Assembly (NCBI GenBank): GCA_963760795.1
Contig: CAVXEP010000012.1
Coordinates: 256,001 to 320,000 of the forward strand
DNA from: an uncultured delta proteobacterium
Lineage (GTDB): Bacteria > Desulfobacterota > Binatia > UBA9968
Direction of reading: 5' to 3'
Length of the DNA stretch: 64,000 nucleotides
In this document: positions 24,723-34,506 of the stretch, in pieces
Layout of the letters: each line of letters opens with the position of its first letter
Position numbering within the stretch: position 1 is the first letter of the stretch
Made by a program: the position numbers and the translations under genes
The notes under the pieces: generated by a model
What the model saw: the letters and a program-made list of their open reading frames with translations, nothing else
What the model was told of the DNA's origin: nothing
Database searches by the model: none

Positions 24723-25760
24723 TCAGGTGCGCCTGAAGACCAGCGCTCTGGATCTTGAGGCACGCCAGCGTTCAAGCGCCCACACCGTTGCCCACGCGTA
24801 GAGCGCCACCCCGACAAACAGGGTGACGCGGACGATGGAAGCGGCGTAGACGTCCTTGCCGTTGTCGGAATCCTCGATGGCGGGCCCCAGCAGGATCAGC
24901 ATCGTCACCAGAGCGTTAGCCCAGAACGAGGGTGCAAAAGCAGTCGGCCTAACTCCAAATAGTTTTGCGCCAGCCCATAGCGCTGCAGCCACCATCCATA
25001 ATATCAGCATCCATAAGTTCGGCCGCAGGGTAAGGCCGAACCAGACCAGTGCCGCCATCCATGCTCCCATCAGGGTGGACCCCACCAACTCGCGTCCGGC
25101 CGACTGCGCGTTGGTGGCTCCGGCCTGCTGGCCCAGTGTCACCGTTTTCATGATGGCTGCCAGATAGAAGGCCGGGTTGGTCAGCGCCAGGACGAAGACG
25201 GGCATGACGACCAGCGTGGCCTGCATAGCAGCCCAGCTTGCCGTTTCCGGACTGACGGCGGCGGGCGGCGCTGCGACTTGAGCTGGCGCGGGAGCATCCG
25301 GAAAAAAAGCGTGGGAAACGCCACTGACCAGAACTCCGGTGCCGAGCCCGACACCAACGGCCACGGCCAGACCGGTGGCCAAAGCCTGCTCGGCGACGCC
25401 GGCCACCGGAATAAACGTAATGGCAATCACCAGAAAGATCGTCAACGGATTTGCACTGCGCGCGCCAGCGAAGAACACTGCGTAGAGGAATGCGCCGGTC
25501 AGCAGGATGCCGGTGACAGCGTAGTTTTCCAGGATTGGAACCATCAGCACGCCCACCACCAACAATGCAGCGATGACCATGGCCATCACCGCGCCCTTCA
25601 GGAACGGGATCGGCGGCCCTGGCTTGCAGAGCAACAACACAGTCAACACGCAGACCACGAATGGCATCGGCAGCGCCAGTCCGTAGGCGATCAGCGCGGA
25701 CAGGCCCAGGCCTACGCCCAACCGCAGTATTGCTTTGTCAGCCCGGTCCATCTGCGGCAA
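24723..25760 (-). CDS. DUF2955 / FUSC-like inner membrane protein
   Basis: About 10 TMs, ILRLGVGLGL start, GRELVGSTLMG; lies downstream of HlyD. Confidence 0.75.
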   Translation of the reverse strand: MPQMDRADKAILRLGVGLGLSALIAYGLALPMPFVVCVLTVLLLCKPGPPIPFLKGAVMAMVIAALLVVGVLMVPILENYAVTGILLTGAFLYAVFFAGARSANPLTIFLVIAITFIPVAGVAEQALATGLAVAVGVGLGTGVLVSGVSHAFFPDAPAPAQVAAPPAAVSPETASWAAMQATLVVMPVFVLALTNPAFYLAAIMKTVTLGQQAGATNAQSAGRELVGSTLMGAWMAALVWFGLTLRPNLWMLILWMVAAALWAGAKLFGVRPTAFAPSFWANALVTMLILLGPAIEDSDNGKDVYAASIVRVTLFVGVALYAWATVWALERWRASRSRALVFRRT

Positions 25761-26953
25761 TCAATAGAGATACGAAAAGTAGCTCATCAATCTGATGAAG
25801 ACCCCGGCAAGCCAGTTCATCACGGGGTGGTCTCCCGTGTAGATCAGCACGTCGGCCTGGCCGCCCATTCGCACCCCACGCAGTCGCTCCCGTTCGGACG
25901 GGTCGAACTCCACGGCCACCGGGAAGCGCTGTGCCTGCCGCAGCCAGTCGCGGCTGTTCTCGACCGCAGGCAGGGTGCCGGGTTGAGGTTGCTTTCCGGG
26001 ACCGACGCCGGTACCTACGCTGCGTACGCGCCCCTTCAACACTTCGCCCGGCATCACGTCGAGCACGATCGCCACCTTATCGCCGGGTTTGACGTTGCCG
26101 AGGTTGTTCTCGGTCATGTCCGCGCTGATCCAGAGATCGTGCATGGCGATCAGAGTCATCGCCGGCGCGCCGGCCTGCGCAAATTGCCCGACGTCGGTGC
26201 GCAGGTCGGTGACCGAACCGCGGGCGGGCGCGACCACTTGAGTACGTTTGAGATCCAGCTCGGCCTTCTCGATCGCCGCGCGTGCACTCAACAGTTGCGC
26301 GTTCTTTTCACCGCTTTCGCCCGCTGTTTCCTGGGCCTGCGCAGATCCGCCTCGGCTTTCTTCTCCTGACTTTGGGCCGTGATCCGGCTGGCCTGTGCAC
26401 TCTGGACGCGGCGGACAGAGAGCGCGCCTGGATCTTCGGCATGGATCTCTTCCAGTCGCGTCGCATCCTGCCGTGCGTAGACATGATTTGCCACAGCCGC
26501 CTGCAGTGACGCCCTGGCCGCTTCCACCGCCGCCGTCGAGGCATTGACCGAAAGACGCACCGACTCGTAGTCTGAACGGCTGCGTTCAAGCGCGATCCGG
26601 TACTGGCTCGGATCGATATCGAACAGGCGCTGCCCGGGCTGCACCTCATCGTTGTTCTTGACGTACACCTTCAGTACTGTGCCCGATACCTCGGCCGCCA
26701 CCGGCACGACGAAGGCCTGAATCCTGGCCTGCGAGGTGTACGGGGTTAGCCGATCCGAAACGAAATACCAGGCCAGGCTCGCGACGATCAGTATCAGCAC
26801 GATGATCGCGCCCAGCCGGCTTCCCTTGCCAGGCGCGGACGGCGGCGATTTCTCTCCTATCGGAGCCGGGGACTCGTCCGGCTTGGACGGCGGCGACGTT
26901 GTCTCTCCAATCGGGGCTGGGGTCTCGTCCGGCTTCGTGGATTCTTGACTCAT
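25761..26953 (-). CDS. HlyD family membrane fusion protein, frameshifted about 26290-26335
   Basis: TPYTSQARIQAFVVPVAAEVSG, VVAPARGSV, RDWLRQAQRFPV. Confidence 0.88.
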
Positions 26954-28523
26954 GGTCTTGCCGTTCCGGGACGGCTTTGTGGAGCATCAGCGCCGGGCGC
27001 CGGTAGCGGGTCGTCCAGTATGCCTTTCCATTTACTGCGTTGGCCCATGGTTTCCCGCGTCGCATCGTCCAGCACGGGCCGGTGCGGCCCTGCTCCCAGC
27101 CGCCACCCATCGCCTTGTAAAGGGCAATCAGGTTCTGTGTCAGGTTGCCACGGTTGTTGACCAGAAGGTCCTGTTGGCTGAACAGCGTTCGCTGAGAGTC
27201 GAGCACGCGCTCGAAGTCGGTCAGCCCTTCCCGGTACTGGAGGGTGGCAATGTCCAGCGAGCGCTGCGCGGCCTTTACGGCGTCTGCGAGCAGCGCGATC
27301 TGCTCTCCGGTTTTGGCGAAGCCAACCGCCGCGTCGTCGACCTCGCGGGCCGCCCGCAACACCGAGTCCTGATACTGTTCATAGAACTGCTGGAATCGGG
27401 CGTCCTGGACCAGTACGGCGTTGGTGAGTCGGCCATAGTCGAACACGTTCCAGACCAGGCTCGGGCCGAAGCTCCCACTCAGCACCGACGGCGCCCCACT
27501 CAAAGTCGTGGCTGACAGGCTAACAAATCCCAACAGCGATATCGATGGATAGAGGTCCGCCACGCTCACGCCGATCAGGGCGGACTGAGCGGCCAACTGC
27601 ATTTCTGCCGCCCTGATGTCCGGGCGGCGGCTCAGCAAATCAGCCGGCATGTCTACGATGACGTCCAGTTCAGCCTGCGGGATCACGTCTTTGCCCGCGG
27701 CCATTTCAGGTAATGGGCCCGGAGCTCTGGCGAGCAATGTGCTCAGTGCATTTTCTGTCTGGCGTTGCGCGCCCTCCAGCTGAGGTATGGTGGCCAGCGT
27801 GCCAAGATACAAGGCCTTCGCCTGTTGCACATCCAATTCGGACTCGGTGCCACCCTTGAATAGCCGCTCGGTAATCTCCAAGCTGCGCTTTTGTAGGGCT
27901 GCATTTTCGCGAGCGATCACCAGCCTCGCTTCCACGGTACGGATCAAACAGTAGAAGCTGGCCACTTGGGCGGCCATCAGCACCTGCAGGTCATCGTACT
28001 GGGCGATGCTGGCAAAATAGCCGGCATCCGCGGCCTCGATGCTGCGCCTGAACTTGCCCCAAAAATCGAGCTCCCAGCCCATCTGCAGCCCGGCGTTGAA
28101 AAACACCGCGCTGATGTCACTAGCGCCTGCCCTTTTCTCTCCCGCCCAGAGCACCTCGCCGGTGGCCTGCTGAAACTGCGGGTAGCGCGTGCTGCCGGCA
28201 ATCCCGAGTTGGGCGCGCGCTTCCATGATGCGCAGACCGGCGGTGCGCACGTTTGGATTCACGCGTTGCGCCTCGGCAACGAGCTGCTCGAGGACGGGAT
28301 CATTGAAGGTGCGCCACCACTCCGGTATTTGCCCGCTGCGTGGACTTCGCGGCGCAATGCGCAGCGACTCGAGTGAACCGCCGGTCCAACCGGCCAGCCA
28401 GGAGGGCACTTGCGGTCGCGTGAAGTCAGGCCCCACCGTCGTGCAGGCGCTGAGCAACACGGCCACGGCCCCCGCCAGCCCCACCGCCCGCATTCGCAAC
28501 CTATTGACAGACCTGCCCCACAT
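26950..28523 (-). CDS. NodT/TolC outer membrane efflux lipoprotein, frameshift near 27080
   Basis: LSACTTVGPDF, WELDFWGK, RRPDIRAAE, LYKAMGGGW; corrected stop overlaps the HlyD ATG. Confidence 0.9.
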
Positions 28524-28529
28524 ATCAAC

Positions 28530-29654
28530 TCAGCTCGCAGCCTGAGATTTGTGCTCCGCCGCCGCCTTGTCAGGATTGTTAGCGACCCACCGCATGAAGA
28601 TCTGATAACCCAGGGTCAGCAGGGTTGCGCCGACGAACATCCCCACGACGCCGTGGGTTGCCAAGCCGCCCAACGCGCCCAGCAGAATTACGACCATCGG
28701 CGCATCGACACCTCGACCCAGCAGCAGCGGTTTCAGCACGTTGTCGAGCATGCCGGCAACTACCAGCAGCACGGTGTAAATAACGGCCGCCACGGTGCCG
28801 TAGTCGCCGCTCATCCAGATATAGACGATGACCGGCACAGTGACCAGCAGCGCCGGCACCTGCGCGATTCCCAGCACCAGCACGATCAATGCGAGTACGC
28901 CTGCAAATGGAACGCCGGCGATCATCAATAACAAGCCGACGACGATGGCCTGGATGAACGCCACGCCGAGGACACCTAATGCCACCGCGCGAATGGTCGC
29001 CGTGGACAGCTTTGCAAATTCTTCGCCCTGCCCTGTGCCGACGATGCGATCGAAAATGGACGCGGTGCTTCTGGCGCCCGCCTGGCCGAAGGCCATGATG
29101 ATTCCGGCAATGATGAAGGAGACCAGAAACAGCAGCAGCGCGCCGCCGATGCCGGCAACAATCCCCAGCGCGTGTTTAGCCAGGTCACCGAGCTTCGGCT
29201 GCAGGCTCTGAACGACTGCCGGCAAATCCGCATGAGCCCGCGACCAAAGACCATGGACCCTCTTGCCGACGATCGGCCACTCGGCAACCCCCGGCGACGG
29301 TGCGGGAATCTGCAGGGTGTTGTCGCGCACGCTGCCGATGAAATCATGAACTGAATCGCCGAGCGAGGCCAACAGCACAGCAGTAGGCACTCCGATCAGC
29401 ACGATGCCACCCAGCACCAGCAGGGTGGCCGCAAGCCCCTGTTTCTCTCCCATTCTGTGCGCCAGCTTTTGATGCGCCGGATAAAGCGTCACTGCCAGAA
29501 TCAGCGCCCACACCATCAGAGCAAGAAACGGCGAAAAGATCTGGTAGCATAACACCGCCATAGCGAAGACCAACCCGGCCCGGATGAGGACATCTAGCAG
29601 TCTTCCGGATAGACGCTTCTCGAGCTCCAGATCAGGCGTGGAGGGTGCATTCAT
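28530..29654 (-). CDS. AI-2E family transporter
   Basis: DNVLKPLLLGRG, GALGG, GMFVG motifs. Confidence 0.92.
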   Translation of the reverse strand: MNAPSTPDLELEKRLSGRLLDVLIRAGLVFAMAVLCYQIFSPFLALMVWALILAVTLYPAHQKLAHRMGEKQGLAATLLVLGGIVLIGVPTAVLLASLGDSVHDFIGSVRDNTLQIPAPSPGVAEWPIVGKRVHGLWSRAHADLPAVVQSLQPKLGDLAKHALGIVAGIGGALLLFLVSFIIAGIIMAFGQAGARSTASIFDRIVGTGQGEEFAKLSTATIRAVALGVLGVAFIQAIVVGLLLMIAGVPFAGVLALIVLVLGIAQVPALLVTVPVIVYIWMSGDYGTVAAVIYTVLLVVAGMLDNVLKPLLLGRGVDAPMVVILLGALGGLATHGVVGMFVGATLLTLGYQIFMRWVANNPDKAAAEHKSQAAS

Positions 29655-29733
29655 GGGATCAGCTCCTTCTTCTGCGTTAGTCGTTACCCAACTAATGCGG
29701 GTGCAAGACCCGCTATTAGCCGTGAGCTAAAAT

Positions 29734-30006
29734 CTAATCACTTTTCTTCTCCGGCAGAGGTGGGTTGTTTTTCGGCGACAATTGTTCGGATTTACCGCCG
29801 CGCAACTGGCGCAGAAACTCTTCTTTCGATTTAAACGTCCGGCCAACGAACGCCCCCTGGTGACAGTGATAACTGACTTTGTCCGGACCGTGATGACATC
29901 CATAGCCATCGACGATTCCGGAGTGCGCGGCCGCTGCGCTACTAAACCAAAACAAGATCCCAAGCGCCAGCGGAAACTGCCGAGGCAAGTCATAAAGTTT
30001 TGTCAT
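29734..30006 (-). CDS. Small secreted YHYH-like His/Cys protein
   Basis: Signal peptide then HSGIVDGYGCHHGPDKVSYHCH. Confidence 0.7.
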   Translation of the reverse strand: MTKLYDLPRQFPLALGILFWFSSAAAAHSGIVDGYGCHHGPDKVSYHCHQGAFVGRTFKSKEEFLRQLRGGKSEQLSPKNNPPLPEKKSD

Positions 30007-30233
30007 AGAGAATGTATTTCTGCTTCACAAATTTCATCTATCGGCCCTGGAAGCCTGGGGTTAAAATCAATTCCGATCCTGAGACCTGAACACTGAAACC
30101 GTCTTTGTACCATTCATCGATCGCGGATGACGGTTCTCCCCTTTCCACTCGCCCCTTGACGGCGCTCGGGACCAACACTCAATCAGCCGCGTTTTCTATT
30201 CATGACCACACCGCCGCTAAGACTGATGCTCGC

Positions 30234-32390
30234 TTAATCGACCCAATGCAGCAGGTTGCGGATCACCGACCAGCGGGGTTGCTTATCTGTGGCGAATTGT
30301 CCCAGGACCCAATAGTTATAAAGTTTTTTAAAGGTGCCGTCGCTCTTTTTAAGTTCCACCAAGGCGTTGACGTAATCGACCAGCTCCCGGTCACCGCGCG
30401 CCATCGCATAACTCACCGGTAGCGCGATCGGCGGTTGCGTCATCACAACCGCGTATTCCGGATAGAGCAGGCTCCAGGCCGATCCCGCCTCGGCGCTATA
30501 AACAAAGCCGTCGAAAGTTTTTTCCTTGGGTTGAAAAAACTCTTCGGCGGAATTCACGATCACCAACTCTGCTTTGGGCAGATGCTCGCGCACGAATGAG
30601 ATAAAATAGGGGACATTCAAAATGGCCAGCTTCGGCGCCTGGAGTTTTTGCCGGGCTTCACGGCTGCTGAATTCAGAGCGACGATAGTCTTGGACTACCA
30701 ATGCCATGGTGGCTTCCATGTAGGGCGTCGAGAGACTCGCGGCCTCGGCGCGTTCCGGAGTCACCACCATTCCCGACATGACGATGTCAAAGTAACCTTC
30801 GCTGAGCTGCTGAAACATCTTGCCGCGATCGACGGCCACGAACTCGAGGCCGACACCGAGAGAACGCGCCAGAATATGCGCCATTTCAACATCCAGGCCG
30901 ACAAGTTCTCCCTTGCCGTTAAAGAAACTAGCGGGACGATTATCCTCGAGATAGCCGACTCGGATCACACCCCGGGCACGGATTTTTTTCAGCCCCGATT
31001 GCGACGAATCCATCGGCAATGGCGGCGGCGCTGATTTGTCGAGCTTGGCAGGGCCGGTGGCGAATAACGGCTGCATTTGGCCGATGATCTTATCCCTGTC
31101 GTAGGCGTTCTGAACCGCAAATGAAAAATAGGCGCGCGCGCCAATTACCGCGCCCGCGAGCAAGCCCACCGTAAGCGCTGTCACGGGAACCAAGCGCTTC
31201 CACTGAAAACGCAGAGTCCCGGCCATGGCATAGCCGCCGAGCACCGCAAGGGTAAATAGGTGCATCGCCGAGGCCAAAGTGCCGAATTGCGCAACGAAAA
31301 TCCCCGAGGCGAGGTAAAGTTGCATCATGTCCGCGGGTAGGTGAAGCAGATCCAGCAAAAACGGCATGGCGGCAACCGGCTTGCCGAAAAAGCTTAACAG
31401 ACCGGACACTGTTAAATTGACATACCCCGCAAGGCTGATGGCGGTCTTGGTGAACCAAGCGGCAAACAGGATGAAAAGCAGCTGGAACAGCCTGCCGACG
31501 TTAGGGAAATTGAAGGAAATCGGCACGATCACGTCTACGCTATGCTCAGATTCGGCGCTGACGCTCGCGCCTGCTCCCTTTCGCAGCAGTTCCTTGGCAT
31601 GGTCAGTCAGCATCGGTATGACGATCAGCAAATTGTCGGTGGCGAACGCCATTAACAGCGCGTCTTTTGTGGCCCGGACGATTTCCCGGTAACCGAGCGG
31701 CGTCAGCACCATGATGAGCGCAGGGAGCACGCCAAAGGTCATCAACAGGGCGGCCAAAATATCGGCGATGATATAGACCTGCAAGCGGCTCAATTGCTCG
31801 ATATCCATGGTGCCGGCGGTGCTCGCGGCAATCGCGAAAATACCGAGCGGGGTGAGTCTGGAGACAAATTTCGTGACCCGCTTGAGTGCTTCTTCCATGA
31901 CATCAAAGGCGGCAATCAGTGGCGCCTTGCTCTCGATCCCCATCAGGGCAAGGCCCACCGCGATGCTGAAAAGCACCACCGCCGGCACGATGTTGTTAGC
32001 CATCGAATAGAAAGGGTTGCTGGGGATGAACTCAAGGAAATTGAATCGCTGCGGCGGCTCGATCAGCGTCGAGCTAAAGAACGAGGCGGATTGCCAATTG
32101 GGAAAACTGAGCGGAAAGATATACAAGACTGCGAAGGTCAACGCCCAGATCAGCACCAGCAGACTGCCGACGCGCAACGAAAGCCGGACAGCCTCTGCGT
32201 ATTTCAATTTACCGAGGCCCGACATCAGAGTAATCATGATGTAGGGGAGCACGGCCATCTGCAGCAACTGGACGTAGGCTGCGCCAACGGCCTTGAGCGG
32301 AGCCGTGATCTCGCCGAGGAAAATACCCGTCGCAATGCCCAGACCTAAGCCGAGAAATATTTTTGCCGATAAACTCATGAGCAGCCTCAA
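30234..32390 (-). CDS. Dicarboxylate/amino acid:cation symporter fused to a family 3 solute-binding domain
   Basis: N-terminal DAACS TMs (LLQMAVLPYI, PLGIFAI); C-terminal IRVGY...GLDVEMA...WSLLYP. Confidence 0.88.
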   Translation of the reverse strand: MRLLMSLSAKIFLGLGLGIATGIFLGEITAPLKAVGAAYVQLLQMAVLPYIMITLMSGLGKLKYAEAVRLSLRVGSLLVLIWALTFAVLYIFPLSFPNWQSASFFSSTLIEPPQRFNFLEFIPSNPFYSMANNIVPAVVLFSIAVGLALMGIESKAPLIAAFDVMEEALKRVTKFVSRLTPLGIFAIAASTAGTMDIEQLSRLQVYIIADILAALLMTFGVLPALIMVLTPLGYREIVRATKDALLMAFATDNLLIVIPMLTDHAKELLRKGAGASVSAESEHSVDVIVPISFNFPNVGRLFQLLFILFAAWFTKTAISLAGYVNLTVSGLLSFFGKPVAAMPFLLDLLHLPADMMQLYLASGIFVAQFGTLASAMHLFTLAVLGGYAMAGTLRFQWKRLVPVTALTVGLLAGAVIGARAYFSFAVQNAYDRDKIIGQMQPLFATGPAKLDKSAPPPLPMDSSQSGLKKIRARGVIRVGYLEDNRPASFFNGKGELVGLDVEMAHILARSLGVGLEFVAVDRGKMFQQLSEGYFDIVMSGMVVTPERAEAASLSTPYMEATMALVVQDYRRSEFSSREARQKLQAPKLAILNVPYFISFVREHLPKAELVIVNSAEEFFQPKEKTFDGFVYSAEAGSAWSLLYPEYAVVMTQPPIALPVSYAMARGDRELVDYVNALVELKKSDGTFKKLYNYWVLGQFATDKQPRWSVIRNLLHWVD

Positions 32391-32528
32391 TTAATCTTCA
32401 GTGCGGTTGACGTGACGCACCAGGCAACAGTCTTTACCTTAAAGCGACAATTAAAAAAACCTATAATTATAGTAGCAACACGATTCTGACAGGGGTTAAC
32501 GACAAGGTAATTATGACAGGGTGGAAGG

Positions 32529-32891
32529 ATGACCACTCTGACAATGAAAGACGAGAAACGACTAGAAGTAATACAACGGGTGGATCGCAAGGAACTGACC
32601 GTGGGACAAGCCGCACTGGTGATGGGACTCAGCGAACGGCAATGTTACCGGGTCAAAGCCCGGGTCATTAAGGCTGGAGCCAAGGGCGTGGTTCACGGCC
32701 ACCGAGGGCGGCCGTGTAAACGCAGGCTCAAAGACAGTACCGTATGGCGCGTCTTAGAATTAGCCCGAGGGAAATACCAAGGCTTCAACGACCACCCTCT
32801 GACCGAGAAGCTCAATGAACAAGAACAGATCTCAGTCGCCACCAACAAGGTGACAGGTGGATTGTTTACCCAGACCGAAAGCTCGTGGTGA
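32529..32891 (+). mobile_element. ISNCY-like transposase remnant (HTH plus a short DDE piece)
   Basis: LTVGQAALVMGLSERQCYRVK, HGHRGR, YQGFND, TEKL, joined to ATNKV...F...ES. Confidence 0.75.
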
Positions 32892-33284
32892 AAAAAAATG
32901 AAAAAAAAAAAATTGATTGCTCGTGAGGTGTTGAGGCTTCACAGACCGGAAGATCGCGGCTTGCCGCTCTAACAAGCGCCATCACACCATTGGCTTATAT
33001 CGATATATGACAATAGCATTGTTGTTGGTTATGGCACTTGTCGATAAGAAATATGCAGCTGAGCATCCCAGCGCAAGAAAGTTTTGATTGAATTGGTAGG
33101 TTAATGGATTGTGTTGGGAGTTAGAATTAATGAAGTGATTGTTATGGTGATTGTTGTGTTTATAGTTGTAAGAGACAGATATTGAGAGTAAAAGTGTGGC
33201 AGGTGAGAAATTGAGCTCTGCTCGTTAGTCCTAGTGGGAAATATGGACTGCAATAGCGCATGGGATGGACACTGAGTGTTATCG

Positions 33285-34500
33285 CCCCGCAAAAACCGGC
33301 GCACATCGTCGCGGAATCGGATTCCACTCCTGACAAGTGTCGACACGAAGCTTCACACTTGATAAGACCCGCGGCATCCCACGCCTCCGCGATCAGCTTG
33401 GTGCCTGCCAACAAGGGATCCGATTCGATATCCCAGAGGACCGGCGGATTCGGCATCGGAAGACCTGCTCTCGTCGCGCGACAGGATAGATGCGAGATCG
33501 AAGCGAAAACCGTCGACGTGCATCTGCGTCACCAATAGCGCAGGCTATCCTGAATCAACCGGCGCACATGGGCTGGTTGGCGTTGAGCGTGTTGCCGCAG
33601 CCGGTGTAATCGGCATAACGCGATTTGTCCTTTTCAAGGATGTAGTAGAAGTTGTTGGCGAAACCGCGATAGCTCAAGGTAGGTCATCACGCTGCCTTCG
33701 GTGGTGTGATTGAAGACCACATCGAGAATGACTTCGATTCCGGCGCTGTGCAGCGCCTTCACCATGTCGCGAAATTCATCGAGCACGTCGAGCGGTTCCT
33801 TGCGCGAACTGTAGGCATGATGCGGCGCGAAAAATGAAACGGCTGGTAACCAGTAGTTGACGCGGCCACCTGGTGCATCCTGAGGATCGAACTGAAAAAC
33901 CGGCAAAAGCTCGACGGCGGTGACGCCAAATCTTTGAGGTAGGGAATTTTTTCGATCAATCCGGCATAGAACCGCTATTCACCGATGCTATGCCTGAGCT
34001 GGGATGACGCGTGAAGCCGCGCACATGAAGCTCGTAGATCACCGTCTCGGCGAAGGGTCGCTTCAGCGGCAAGTCGCCTTCACAGTCGTAGCGAGCGGGA
34101 TCGGCGACGACGCTTTTCATCGCTACCGCGGCATTGTCGCCGGGCCGGCTCGCGGCTTCGCGGTTATAGCGTTCGGGGAACGCCACGGCCAAACCATAAG
34201 GGTCGAGGAGAACTTTCTCGCCATCGAAGCGAAAACCTCGTTCCGGCGCGAACGGCCATGGGCTCGGTAGCCATAAACCTGGCCTGGTTTAAGGTTGGGA
34301 ACAAAGACATGCCAGTAGTGATAGGTGCGGTGCCGGTGAGCATCGAGAGGTATGACCGTTGCCGTCTGCGCGGAGTTTTCGTCGTCGAATAACAACAGCT
34401 CGATCAACGCGGCGTTTTTCGAAAAAACGCTGAAGTTGACGCCACCGGGATAGTCACTGGCGCCGAGAGGAGAGCTCGCGGCTTGCGATTCTGAAAACAC
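33285..34500 (-). pseudogene. glgX: Glycogen debranching enzyme, multiply frameshifted and 3' truncated
   Basis: [45 protein letters not shown] spread across frames. Confidence 0.88.
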
Positions 34501-34506
34501 TGGCGT

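Noticed and set aside
25278-26369. Long plus-strand ORFs here and at 41764, 52764 and 57477
   Set aside because: Antisense shadows of high-GC genes
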